Notes under the pieces: model-generated
What the model saw: the letters and a program-made list of their open reading frames with translations, nothing else
Databases searched by the model: none
Told to the model about the DNA's origin: nothing
NCBI GenBank assembly: GCA_965197905.1
Contig: CBDAOB010000004.1
Span: 928,001-992,000, forward strand
DNA from: Candidatus Latescibacterota bacterium
Lineage (GTDB): Bacteria > Latescibacterota > UBA2968 > UBA8231
Length of the DNA: 64,000 nucleotides
Direction: 5' to 3'
Program-made: the position numbers and the translations under genes
Part shown: positions 12,067-21,823 of the stretch, piece after piece
How positions within the stretch are numbered: the first letter of the stretch is position 1
Layout: each line of letters begins with the position of its first letter

Positions 12067-12268
12067 TTCGCTACGCCTGATCCTTCCGCGGGCGCAGTGT
12101 GTCTACCCAATTCAAGCGCCGCCATAAAAGCGGCGTTCAAGGCGCCCTAAATAGATCCGCTAGCGCTTCGGGCCCGTTTCCCTCAGCCTGCCACCATATT
12201 CTTCGAGTGACCCCAAATCCCAACCCTCGCCGCGACTATCGATAACGGTGTTTATTTAGCCTATACTT
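12067..12268 (+). mobile_element. IS91/ISCR-like oriIS end, subfamily A
   Basis: Starts at transposase stop remnant TACGCCTGA; ends CTATCGATAACGGTGTTTATTTAGCCTATACTT. Confidence 0.8.
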
Positions 12269-12358
12269 CCGACCATGAAGGGACGGCGGTGCAGCTACGT
12301 TTCGCATTGCGCGACGCGAGTCTCTACTCGTTCTGATTCAAGGTACCGGAGGAATGAG
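12269..12358 (+). repeat. 90-bp direct repeat of 13816-13905 (3' end of a paralogous GH-like gene)
   Basis: 84/90 identical by manual alignment; 4 of 6 differences synonymous, one TGG>TGA. Confidence 0.9.
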
Positions 12359-13904
12359 GACAACCGAGACAGAAAGGGTGAACGGATCGATGCGGGAGGG
12401 GCCTTTCAACGACACAGTGAACCCGGTGAAGACTTCTATGATACTCGTAATCAGTATGAAGGTCTGTCTATTGATGATCGCGACCACGGCGGCGACGGCG
12501 CAGTCGTTCACCGTGCCGGTCGGGGAACGGCAACTGTTCCTGGACGATGTCCCCATCGCCGAGATGGACGGTCTGAGGCGCTCGATGCACCAGGCGGTCA
12601 AGAAAGGCGCGGTGATCCGGCCCGACTACTTGGGGCAAGAACGCCATTTCTCGGTTCGCAACGCGCCGAACTGGGACCGCGAGCGCGAGGTGTTCAGATT
12701 TCTCGTGACTGAGGCCGCGGGGCCGAATACCTCGACTGTTTGGGAAAGCGACGACGGCCTGCACTGGGTGCGCGTGGGCACGTCGGACATGGTGACGTAC
12801 ACCGTCGTCTACGATCCCACCGATCCGGATCCGTCTCGCCGGTACAAGTCGATGAATCGCAGGCGAATCGCCGTCTCGCCCGACATGCTCACCTGGGAGG
12901 TGGTCGGCAATCCGAGAATCCCCGGCAGCGACGAGCACAATCTGTCCTTCGATGAGAAATCCCGAGTCTTCTTTTTTTCGGTCAAGAGAGGCGGGCCGTA
13001 TGGCCGCTACGGCCGCTCTCACGCCCTCTACACCAGCGAGGATCTGGCGCGGTGGACCAAGGTGGGGATAGCGGGAGAAGACTCGCTCTTTCACGCCGAC
13101 GACGAGGACCAGGAACACAACCGGGACGCTATCACGGCACTGATGGAAGAGCTGGTTGCCGATCCGAGACTCGCGGAGACCGACTTCTACGCAGAGGGCA
13201 ACTACAACGTCGACATCTACAACACGCCCGTTTTCCGCTACGAGAGCCATTACCTGGCGCTGCCAGCCATTCACCCCTCCATAACCATGGACCTGTCCGA
13301 TCCCAGTGACAATATCGCCTTAAAGATTCCTCAGCTGTGGTGGAGCCGCGACCTCCGGAACTGGACCAGGCCGGAGGATCGCTCGGACTTCATCACCCTG
13401 TCCCGTACGGAGAGCGGCGCCTATGACCTGGCCGTCGCGTTTCCACCATCGAGCCCGGTCATCAGGGGAGACGAGCTGTGGTTCTACTACGCTGGGGATG
13501 ACGGATTGGGCTGGCCTCCCAAGACCGGTCTCGACCTCAGGAGGACGGATTGGAAGTATTATCGGCCGGACAGGTCAGCGATCTGCCTGGCAGTGCTGCG
13601 CCGGGACGGATTCATGTCACTGGACGCGGGGGCGGGAGGGTCGGTGGTCACGAGGTCGTTCACCGTCCCCGGCCCCGAGCTGTTCGTCAACGTCGATGCA
13701 ACGGATGGCCAGCTGGTCGTCGAAGTGGTAGACGAGAGTGCAGTAGTGGCACGATCTGCGCCACTCCTGGGGGACCAGCCCAACGCCGCGGTAGCGTGGC
13801 AGGATGGGAACATAGCCGACCATGAAGGTACGGCGGTGCAACTGCGTTTTGCATTGCGCGACGCGAGTCTCTACTCGTTCTGGTTCGAGGTACCGGAGGA
13901 ATGA
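12354..13904 (+). CDS. GH32/43/130-like five-bladed beta-propeller protein (start may be 12456)
   Basis: QLFLDD, ESDDGLHW, DPDPSRRYK, DELWFYY, LRRDGFMSL, LRFALRDASLYSF; signal-peptide-like N-terminus. Confidence 0.8.
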   Translation: MRTTETERVNGSMREGPFNDTVNPVKTSMILVISMKVCLLMIATTAATAQSFTVPVGERQLFLDDVPIAEMDGLRRSMHQAVKKGAVIRPDYLGQERHFSVRNAPNWDREREVFRFLVTEAAGPNTSTVWESDDGLHWVRVGTSDMVTYTVVYDPTDPDPSRRYKSMNRRRIAVSPDMLTWEVVGNPRIPGSDEHNLSFDEKSRVFFFSVKRGGPYGRYGRSHALYTSEDLARWTKVGIAGEDSLFHADDEDQEHNRDAITALMEELVADPRLAETDFYAEGNYNVDIYNTPVFRYESHYLALPAIHPSITMDLSDPSDNIALKIPQLWWSRDLRNWTRPEDRSDFITLSRTESGAYDLAVAFPPSSPVIRGDELWFYYAGDDGLGWPPKTGLDLRRTDWKYYRPDRSAICLAVLRRDGFMSLDAGAGGSVVTRSFTVPGPELFVNVDATDGQLVVEVVDESAVVARSAPLLGDQPNAAVAWQDGNIADHEGTAVQLRFALRDASLYSFWFEVPEE

Positions 13905-13911
13905 GAGCCGC

Positions 13912-14994
13912 TCAACGAGTCGCCGAGCCGTAGCGCTGGCGATAGGCGTCCAGCTTTGCCTTCAGCTTCGAGCTGTCCAGGACCGCGCGGTTGACGACGG
14001 AAACGGGCGCTTCACCGCGCCTGACGTCGAGAGCTGATTCTGCGCACAGCTCGCTGCCCAGACGAATCATTTCGTCGGTAATGCCGAGGGCGTGCGGCGT
14101 CAGGTTCACATTGTCCAGCGCCAGCAGAGGATCGTCCGGATCGATGGGCTCGGGATCCAGCGCGTCGAGGCCGGCCCCTCTGATCTGCTCTGCGGACAGG
14201 GCGCGGACCAGCGCCTGCTGATCGACAATCGCGCCGCGCGCGACATTGACCAGATAGGCCGATGGCTTCATCAGCCGCAGCTCCTCAGCGCCGATGAGAT
14301 GTCGCGTTTCCTCGCCGAGGGGGCACAACACCACCACAAAGTCCGACTGCGACAGCAGGGCAGGCAAATCGACCCGCTCAATGTCGTACTGGTCCGCCTT
14401 GGCCTCATCCAGGTACGGATCGCAGACGAGATGGCGCATCTCAAAAGGGCTGATGAGCGCGTAGAGATCCCGGCCGATGCTGCCAAAGCCCAGGTAACCG
14501 ATCGTTTTGCCGCTCAACCCAGTCCCGACATTGGCTAGCGTCCCACCCTCCCCCCACCGTCCATTGTAGACGAGCCTGGACTTAAAAAAAAGCCTTGTGC
14601 TCAGGGCCAGGATATGCGTCAGAGCCGCCGTGGCCATGGAACGACGGACACTACCGGGTGTCGTGGCCACAATGATACCAGCGTCGGTGCAGACATCCAG
14701 GTCAACAGTGTCGAAACCGGCGCCAAAGCGGACGATGGCGCTGCAACGTTCCACACCGGCCACACTTTCGCGAATGACGCGACGGCCGCCGGCCAGCACA
14801 ACATCAAACTCGTCGAGGATTTTGGGGTCGACGGGCCCCGCGTCAACCGGGAATGGAGCGATTTCGACGCCGGGCGTACTTTCCAGCATCAGGCGCGCCG
14901 ACTCGGTGGCCATGATGTTGTAGTAAATACCATCGTCCGTGAGTCCGACGCGAAAGGCAACCTTTTGATCCATCTCAATTATAGCCTCGGCCAT
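13912..14994 (-). CDS. D-2-hydroxyacid dehydrogenase family
   Basis: GYLGFGSIG, VNVARG, LDALDPEP, LTPH. Confidence 0.9.
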   Translation of the reverse strand: MAEAIIEMDQKVAFRVGLTDDGIYYNIMATESARLMLESTPGVEIAPFPVDAGPVDPKILDEFDVVLAGGRRVIRESVAGVERCSAIVRFGAGFDTVDLDVCTDAGIIVATTPGSVRRSMATAALTHILALSTRLFFKSRLVYNGRWGEGGTLANVGTGLSGKTIGYLGFGSIGRDLYALISPFEMRHLVCDPYLDEAKADQYDIERVDLPALLSQSDFVVVLCPLGEETRHLIGAEELRLMKPSAYLVNVARGAIVDQQALVRALSAEQIRGAGLDALDPEPIDPDDPLLALDNVNLTPHALGITDEMIRLGSELCAESALDVRRGEAPVSVVNRAVLDSSKLKAKLDAYRQRYGSATR

Positions 14995-15053
14995 TCTATC
15001 TACCTCCTAAATTTCGCGCGGCCACAACACCTTGCTCGACCAAGAGAACTCCG

Positions 15054-15944
15054 ATGATGCCACCGGACCTCAAGTCCGAATTCGAGTCCAATGGATACCT
15101 AAAGGTTCCCCAGGCGCTGGAACCTGAGGATCTCTCGGTCCTGATCGCATGTGCGGACCGGCTGATCGACGAATTTTCGGGGAAGCTGAAATCGGATGGA
15201 CAGTTGAAGTCGGACTACAGATCCGAGTCTTTCGACAGCCGAATCGTCTCCATCCTCCAGGAAAGTGGAGAACCGCAACCCCACTGGACACGCTATTTCT
15301 TCGGTCCGGAACTCCATTCGATCGTCACCAGTCCACGCCTCTTGAATGTGCTTTCGCCTCTGGTGGGTCCAGAGATCCTGTTCAACGGAGGCTGTCAGCT
15401 GCGTTCCAAACCGCCCACGCGGTTTCATGACCAGCTGAGCAATCTGCCCTGGCATCAGGACACCCAGTACTATGGGGAGATTACGCAGCATCTGGACATC
15501 GTTACGGTTTGGATTCCCCTTGTGGACGTGGACGAATCGAACGGTTGCCTTTGGATCATCCCCGGCAGCCATCGGTGGGGATTACTACATGGCGCCAGAG
15601 ACCACGAGCAGAATATGAGGACACGAGAGAACGTGGAAAAACGCGGCGAACCAATCTCGATTCCGATGAAAACCCGGGACATCCTCCTGTTTCACAATCT
15701 CACATTTCACTCCTCCAGAGAAAACCGTACCCAGAGGGCCCGATGGAATGTAGACATTCGGTTCATGGCAAACCCAGCCTGCCGAATCCTATCCGATGAG
15801 GAGAGGGAGGCGCAGAAATTCCTGGCGGAAAAAATGAGGAAGTCAAAAAAGCCGTCTCTTGTTGTGCAGGGAAAAGGTGCGGGTGTAAGCTGGGAGGACT
15901 GGCGGAAGAGTTACCCTGGTCGGCTTCAGACTCTGGGTGACTGA
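15054..15944 (+). CDS. PhyH family dioxygenase
   Basis: FESNGYL, PWHQD, NGCLWIIPGSH, TFHSS..N. Confidence 0.9.
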   Translation: MMPPDLKSEFESNGYLKVPQALEPEDLSVLIACADRLIDEFSGKLKSDGQLKSDYRSESFDSRIVSILQESGEPQPHWTRYFFGPELHSIVTSPRLLNVLSPLVGPEILFNGGCQLRSKPPTRFHDQLSNLPWHQDTQYYGEITQHLDIVTVWIPLVDVDESNGCLWIIPGSHRWGLLHGARDHEQNMRTRENVEKRGEPISIPMKTRDILLFHNLTFHSSRENRTQRARWNVDIRFMANPACRILSDEEREAQKFLAEKMRKSKKPSLVVQGKGAGVSWEDWRKSYPGRLQTLGD

Positions 15945-15969
15945 CGCTGTCAATCAACCGCTCCCGCCA

Positions 15970-16665
15970 TCATCGCCACTCACACAGTGCCTTCACATAC
16001 GCCCGTCCGACCAACCGTTTCCCCTGCTCGAGATATGGCTGGTAGTGTCCTGCCAGAATGCAGTCCACCTCCATGGCCGTGAGTTTCTTGAGCGACGCAA
16101 TATACGTCGGTTTGTCGCAGTCCTCGCCTCCCTGCCATCCGAGCTCCGGAGTGAATCCGGTGTCCTTCGACATTACGACGTCGCCGACGAACCAGACGAT
16201 TTTCCCCCGGTGCTCCAGCTGATAGATGATGCATCCGTCCGTGTGACCGGGCGCGTGAATGACGTCGAAACGCAGTCCGCAGATGTCGATGGTCTCGTTG
16301 TCCGAGACCACGCGATCGACTTTGCAGGGCGGTAGGTCGAATCCCGCCGCGTATGGGACGGTTCGATTGTCGGAGAGTTCGATGCCCTCCGCGTCGCTCG
16401 GACCCGCAAAGACCGCAGCACCTCTCTCTCGAATCGCGGCGGCATTCCCGATATGATCGTAATGGCTGTGCGTCAGCAGGAGCCCGCCTACCTGGTCGAG
16501 CGAGATGCCCCAGGTCTCGGCGCGTGCATCGGCAAGTTCGAGTTCTTCGGGGAGCGTTCCCGCGTCTACTATGACGTTGCCTTCCGGCCCGACCACGAGA
16601 TAGAAATTCGCGTGGTTTGCGTAGGCGAAACCGTCGAGGAGGTAGATGTCGGGTAGGATCTGCAC
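15970..16665 (-). CDS. MBL-fold metallo-hydrolase
   Basis: THSHYDHIG, PGHT, GD, AGH. Confidence 0.9.
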   Translation of the reverse strand: MQILPDIYLLDGFAYANHANFYLVVGPEGNVIVDAGTLPEELELADARAETWGISLDQVGGLLLTHSHYDHIGNAAAIRERGAAVFAGPSDAEGIELSDNRTVPYAAGFDLPPCKVDRVVSDNETIDICGLRFDVIHAPGHTDGCIIYQLEHRGKIVWFVGDVVMSKDTGFTPELGWQGGEDCDKPTYIASLKKLTAMEVDCILAGHYQPYLEQGKRLVGRAYVKALCEWR

Positions 16666-16721
16666 GGATCAGGTTGCGATGCGCCATGTGCGGATTTGAA
16701 GCAGTCGGCTCGTGCCCGTTG

Positions 16722-17609
16722 TCATCCCCGCTGATTCCAGTCGGCGCCGAGTTCGTCGAACTGGGACTGAAGCGATTCGACAACCTCTTCGGGAAGCGGA
16801 CCGGCGGATGCCGTTTCGATGTTCGCTTTGGCGTTTTCCAACTTGGTCGTTCCCACGATGGCGGTGTCGATTGCGTCGTTGGAGAGGGTGAAGCGCAGGG
16901 CCAGTTCGATGCCGTCTTCCGGCGCGCCGTCAGGAAGGGTGATCTGCTTGGAGCGGTCCCAATAGGCGTCGGCGTAGGTGTACGGGGACGCCGATTTCCG
17001 GATGGCGCCGTTGGCGATCGGTCGTTTGGCGATGACGCCCATTCCCGCTGCGATGGCTGATGGAAGAACCTCGTATCGCGCTTTTTGGTCGACGAGGTTA
17101 TAGGAAGTCTGAAGGGTCGAGAAGACGCCCATACGGATCGCCTCGAGGGCATCCTCACCGTCACCGCTGTAACCAACGTAACGGACCTTACCCTCTTCCT
17201 TCGCTGTGAGAACGGCTTCTACCGCCTCGCCTGCCTTCAGGACGTCGACGGAGCAAGTATGCAGTTGCATCAGGTCGATCCGGTCCGTTTTCATCCGGAC
17301 GAGCGAGCGGTCGATGCTTTCTCGAATGAGACCCGCCGTCCACGGTTCGCCGGTAGCGTCTCCGGTGACGTGGCCGCACTTCGAGGCGAGGACGAATTCA
17401 TCCCGTCGACCACTGACGAATTTCCCGATCAGTTCTTCCGACTCACCGTAGCATGCCGCCGTGTCGAGTAAAGTCGCACCGGCGTCCAGGAAGCCGTTCA
17501 AGAGCTCATCGACTTGCCCCTCCGTTACATCTTCGATACCGATCCGCGCGCCGCCGAATGCGAGTCGCGTAACTTCCAGGTCCGTGTTTCCGAGCGTGCG
17601 AGATTCCAT
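16722..17609 (-). CDS. Aldo/keto reductase
   Basis: MESRTLG, LDTAACYGESE, SKCG, IDLMQLH, KVRYVGYS. Confidence 0.9.
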   Translation of the reverse strand: MESRTLGNTDLEVTRLAFGGARIGIEDVTEGQVDELLNGFLDAGATLLDTAACYGESEELIGKFVSGRRDEFVLASKCGHVTGDATGEPWTAGLIRESIDRSLVRMKTDRIDLMQLHTCSVDVLKAGEAVEAVLTAKEEGKVRYVGYSGDGEDALEAIRMGVFSTLQTSYNLVDQKARYEVLPSAIAAGMGVIAKRPIANGAIRKSASPYTYADAYWDRSKQITLPDGAPEDGIELALRFTLSNDAIDTAIVGTTKLENAKANIETASAGPLPEEVVESLQSQFDELGADWNQRG

Positions 17610-17748
17610 GTCGTGGCCTATTCGAAGAGGTTGTTGAACAAGATTGCCGTACCTGAGAGTCCGTGCAAGTCGACGGCGTGCGTCCCGGCGGGACGGCGGG
17701 GGATCTTGCGCAAGGACGTAATCGGCCCTATTCCTGTGGAATGCTGAC

Positions 17749-19263
17749 GTGCGCCAGAACCCCATGATGGCCCTTACTGTGGCAGCGGAGAACGTCTTGG
17801 CAAAGCAGACCAGCGGCGAGGGTTCCCTGGACATCGGCTCCCGATTGGAGCTGTTCGTTGATGACTACCTGATAGGCGAGCTGCTTGGGACTCGACTCGT
17901 CCTCCACTACCCTCGTCCGGCAGAAGTGGCCCTGAGATTCGATCGGTCCTGGGAGGGTGCCTTCTGTGGCTACGTGACCGTGCTCCACGACGGCGACATT
18001 TACCGGATGTACTACCGGGGAATACCCATCGCTAGGCCGGACGGAAGCCTTGACGAGGTGACCTGTTACGCCGAGAGCCGTGACGGGATCCACTGGGAGA
18101 AGCCCGATCTGGGGCTGTTCGAGGTCGCAGGGACGCGGAAGAACAACGTCGTTCTGGGCTCTGAGTATGCGCCCGTGCCCCACAACTTCATCGCCTTCGT
18201 GGACACTCGACCAGGGATTCCTTCCTCCCAGAGATACAAGGGCCTGGGGGGCATGTTCCCCATATCCGAGGAGCAGCGCTTCAGCGACGGCCTCCTGGGC
18301 TTCACCTCCGCGGACGGGATCCGATGGAGTCTGATCCAGCAGGCACCACTGATCGGTCTCTCGCTCCACGAATTCACCGACACCACTCCCAGCCCGACCT
18401 TCTGGTCGCCACACGAAGGTTGCTACGTCTGCTACGTTCGGGCGTGGAGAAGGGATCCGAAGGAACCTCCCCATTACGAGGGTTGGACCGGGAACGTGCG
18501 CTGGGTCGGTCGTACCACCTCCGAGGATTTCCTCAACTGGACTCCGGTTCAGATGATGGACCCCGGGGACGATCCGCTGGAGCACATCTACACCAATCAG
18601 ACCAGCCCCTACTTCCGGGCTCCCCACATCTACCTCGGCGTGGCTGCTCGTTTCCTGCCAGACCGTCAGGTGGTGAGTGAAGAGCAGGCTCAGAAGCTCC
18701 AGGTCGACCCCAAGTATTTCCACGACTGCTCGGATGCTGTCCTGCTCACGAGCCGGGGCGGAACCCGCTACCAGCGTGCCTTCCTTGAGGCTTTCATGCG
18801 CCCGGGCATCGGTCTACAAAACTGGACGTCCCGTACCAACTACCCTGCTCTGAACCTGGTCCCCACGGGAACTGAGGAAATCTCCCTCTACGTCCAGCAC
18901 AAGTACGGCCAACCTGGCCACGAGCTCAGGCGATACACTCTGAGAACAGACGGCTTAGTGTCGGTAAATGCACCCTACGGGGGCGGAGAGTTTCTGACCC
19001 GAACCCTGAGATTCAGTGGAAGCGAACTGGTCGTAAACCTCTCGACCTCTGCTCCTGGTGGCCTCCGGGTGGAAATCCAGAGTCCAGGTGGCCAGCCGAT
19101 TACCGGCTATGCCCTCGACGACTCCGACCAACTCATAGGAAATGAGATCGAGCGGGTCGTCACTTGGAAGGGGAACCAGGACGTGGGGCCGCTCGCTGGC
19201 AAGCCGGTCCGCTTGCGCTTCGTGATGAAGGACGCAAATCTATACTCCCTGAGGTTCAGATAG
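17749..19263 (+). CDS. GH-like beta-propeller protein
   Basis: LELFVDD, YAESRDGIHWEKP, LRTDGLVS, VRLRFVMKDANLYSLRF. Confidence 0.8.
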   Translation: MRQNPMMALTVAAENVLAKQTSGEGSLDIGSRLELFVDDYLIGELLGTRLVLHYPRPAEVALRFDRSWEGAFCGYVTVLHDGDIYRMYYRGIPIARPDGSLDEVTCYAESRDGIHWEKPDLGLFEVAGTRKNNVVLGSEYAPVPHNFIAFVDTRPGIPSSQRYKGLGGMFPISEEQRFSDGLLGFTSADGIRWSLIQQAPLIGLSLHEFTDTTPSPTFWSPHEGCYVCYVRAWRRDPKEPPHYEGWTGNVRWVGRTTSEDFLNWTPVQMMDPGDDPLEHIYTNQTSPYFRAPHIYLGVAARFLPDRQVVSEEQAQKLQVDPKYFHDCSDAVLLTSRGGTRYQRAFLEAFMRPGIGLQNWTSRTNYPALNLVPTGTEEISLYVQHKYGQPGHELRRYTLRTDGLVSVNAPYGGGEFLTRTLRFSGSELVVNLSTSAPGGLRVEIQSPGGQPITGYALDDSDQLIGNEIERVVTWKGNQDVGPLAGKPVRLRFVMKDANLYSLRFR

Positions 19264-20158
19264 GAGCAGAGCCGCCGACTCGTCCCCGGGTCAGCGGGTG
19301 TCGCTGCTTCGCCCACTCGTACCGTTCGGCGTACGACTGGCGCGCGCCGACGGCGTCGAAATGTTCCCGCTCGGCCTCGGTCCTGGCCTTCAGTTCCGCG
19401 AGCGGGTCGATCATGGCCCTGATGCGGGGGATGTCGCTGCTCGCAAAGGGCTCGACGGGATCGTAGATGCTACCCCTGTGGTTGTACCGCATGAAGGACG
19501 CGATCTCTTCGTCCGTCTCCGGCCATGCGGCGAAACGCAGCTTGAGATAGCGCCGGCCGGGCTGCATGCCGTACACGCCGTGGTAGATCTTCTGGGTGAA
19601 GAAGACGATATCACCCGGGTCGGACTCAACGACAACACCTGGGACGTCCGTGGGGCTGAGCCCGTAGACCTTCTGAGTGGTGTCCTCTTCCTGCTCGTTG
19701 AGCGGAAGGAGGTCGTCATAAAGGGAGGGTCTGTGTGACCCCGGGATGACACGAAGCGCCCCGGTGTCGCCCCTGAGCTTCTCTAGGTAGAGGTGGAAGC
19801 TGTATGTAGTGGCGTGAGGCTCGCCGGGTCGGTCCGAGTGCCATCGATGCTCGCCCGTGCCGATTACACCTGAATAGGACAGGCTACCGCCAGACCCGTT
19901 CCAGACAAAACGCGGTCCCAGCAGCTCCTCGACCGTGCCGAATATCCGGTCGTCAACGAGCATCCGCGTAGCCACCGGGCTCTTCTCTATGATGTCCTCA
20001 ATGCCCTGGTTCTCTCCTGGCGGTCCACCTCCCCTCTGCTCCGCGAACAGCTTGTCCACTTCCTGGCTGAGCGACTCCATCTCCTCGGCCGAAAACAGCT
20101 GCCTCAAGCGGATGAACCCAAAGTCGTAGAAGTGGGACTTCTGCTGCGGTGTGATCAT
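19256..20158 (-). CDS. PhyH family dioxygenase
   Basis: FYDFGFI, WHSD, GALRVIPGSH, PGDIVFF, IYHG. Confidence 0.9.
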   Translation of the reverse strand: MITPQQKSHFYDFGFIRLRQLFSAEEMESLSQEVDKLFAEQRGGGPPGENQGIEDIIEKSPVATRMLVDDRIFGTVEELLGPRFVWNGSGGSLSYSGVIGTGEHRWHSDRPGEPHATTYSFHLYLEKLRGDTGALRVIPGSHRPSLYDDLLPLNEQEEDTTQKVYGLSPTDVPGVVVESDPGDIVFFTQKIYHGVYGMQPGRRYLKLRFAAWPETDEEIASFMRYNHRGSIYDPVEPFASSDIPRIRAMIDPLAELKARTEAEREHFDAVGARQSYAERYEWAKQRHPLTRGRVGGSAPI

Positions 20159-20186
20159 CTCTGCGTTCCTTCGGGCTGCGGTCGAA

Positions 20187-21638
20187 CTACACCTCCGGAA
20201 GCAGCGCGTCGTCGTCTGTTTCTTGCTGCCACTGCTGCAACAAAGTGGTCATGCTCGAGATGCGATCCTTCTGGCCGGCGTCGTCGTACAGGTTGTTTTC
20301 CTCGGTGGGATCTTCGTTCATGTCGTAGAGCTCGCATTGATCGACGGTGCTCAGATTGAGCTTCCATCCATCGCCCGAAATCACCGTGCGCCACGGTTGC
20401 CAGGAGGGCCAGGGAACACCGGCTCCGGCTCGAATCAGCGGCCCATTAGTTTCAATGAACACAGCGTTCTCTTCGAGGGAAGTTTCACCGCGGAGCACCG
20501 GTTCGAGACTCTTTCCTTCCAAACCGGAAGGCGGCGGCACACCCATCAGACCCAGGAGGGTGGGCACCAGGTCGATCTGACTCATGTGCCCGGCTATCTG
20601 TTTGTATTCATCTGTAATCCACGGCACCCGCATCAACAGCGGCACCTTGATCGACTCCTGATAGAGCACCTCCTTGTGAAGCATCCCGTGTGATCCCATC
20701 ATCTCCCCATGGTCGCTGGTGTAGACGACGATGGTGTTGTCGGCGACGCCAGACTCGCTCAGCGCTTCGAGGATCGGCGCCATAGCTCGATCCACACTGG
20801 AGATAGCCTCCCAATAGCGGGCGCGTAGTCGCAGCCAGCCGGCTTCGTCCCCTAGGTCCTCACCGTCGATTTCGGGAAGATCCCCGTAGAACTCCGCCTT
20901 CTTCTGGTGGTAGAGCGAAGCATTTGCCGGGGGCCCTCTCAAGAAATGAGGTTCCCGCGGCAGCTTGGCCGGATCGTAAAGGCTGCTGGGCCGGCTGGGA
21001 AGCGGGCTGTGGGGGTCCATGAATCCGGCGTACAACACGAACGGTCGTTCGCCGTTCTCTCTGATGAAACGGGCGGCTTCGCGACCCACGTACGCGTTCT
21101 TGCTCATCTCCCACGGCAAATCGGCCGTCATTTCACGAGAGAAGATCCTGGCGGCCATCCATTCAACGTCTGGTGTGTACCCATTCTCGAGCAGGAAGTG
21201 GTGGTAGTCGCTGAAGCGCGACAGATACTCCCTTTGAGTGAAGAAGAGGCGGTAGTAATCCTCCATGCCGACCCAGTGTTCGAACCCGTGCTGCGGGAAG
21301 ATCTCGTCGCCCAGGTGCCATTTCCCGATGTAGCCACATTCGTATTCGGACGGCACCATCTCGGCAATAGTGGGCGTACTTGGTTTGAGAGGAATGTTGA
21401 GATGTATGCAGCCGTTGGTATGGGGATAGAGGCCGGTCATGATGCTGGATCGCGCCGGCGTGCATAAAGGCTGCGTCACGTAGGCATTCTGGAAGACAAA
21501 GCTGTCATTCGCCAGTGCGTTGAGGTTGGGTGTCTGGATGAGGTGGTTGCCATAGCAGCGCATCGTGTCGAACCGCTGTTGGTCGGTAAAGATGAACAGC
21601 AGGTTTGGCTTCGTCGGAGGTCTATTAATCTGGGCCAT
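20187..21638 (-). CDS. Formylglycine-dependent sulfatase (S1)
   Basis: PNLLFIFTDQ, CTPARSSIMTG (CxPxR), GKWH, TSDHG. Confidence 0.95.
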   Translation of the reverse strand: MAQINRPPTKPNLLFIFTDQQRFDTMRCYGNHLIQTPNLNALANDSFVFQNAYVTQPLCTPARSSIMTGLYPHTNGCIHLNIPLKPSTPTIAEMVPSEYECGYIGKWHLGDEIFPQHGFEHWVGMEDYYRLFFTQREYLSRFSDYHHFLLENGYTPDVEWMAARIFSREMTADLPWEMSKNAYVGREAARFIRENGERPFVLYAGFMDPHSPLPSRPSSLYDPAKLPREPHFLRGPPANASLYHQKKAEFYGDLPEIDGEDLGDEAGWLRLRARYWEAISSVDRAMAPILEALSESGVADNTIVVYTSDHGEMMGSHGMLHKEVLYQESIKVPLLMRVPWITDEYKQIAGHMSQIDLVPTLLGLMGVPPPSGLEGKSLEPVLRGETSLEENAVFIETNGPLIRAGAGVPWPSWQPWRTVISGDGWKLNLSTVDQCELYDMNEDPTEENNLYDDAGQKDRISSMTTLLQQWQQETDDDALLPEV

Positions 21639-21722
21639 TGCCGTACTTCCCTTGACGGTCAGAGTGGTTCGGGATACTAGGCAGATTAAGGGCGGTCTCG
21701 GTTATGCGGTCAAGGAGCGCCC

Positions 21723-21782
21723 GCCACAAACTCGCCTACCTTGCCGCTATTGACGATAACGCGTTTTATTCGCCCTATCCTT
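21723..21782 (+). mobile_element. oriIS stub, subfamily B
   Basis: GCCACAAACTCGCCTACCTTGCCGCTA identical to the reverse complement at about 3190-3216; ends TATTCGCCCTATCCTT. Confidence 0.7.
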
Positions 21783-21823
21783 TTGCCAGCATTGCATGGG
21801 AACAGTCTCAGGAGGAGAAACCG

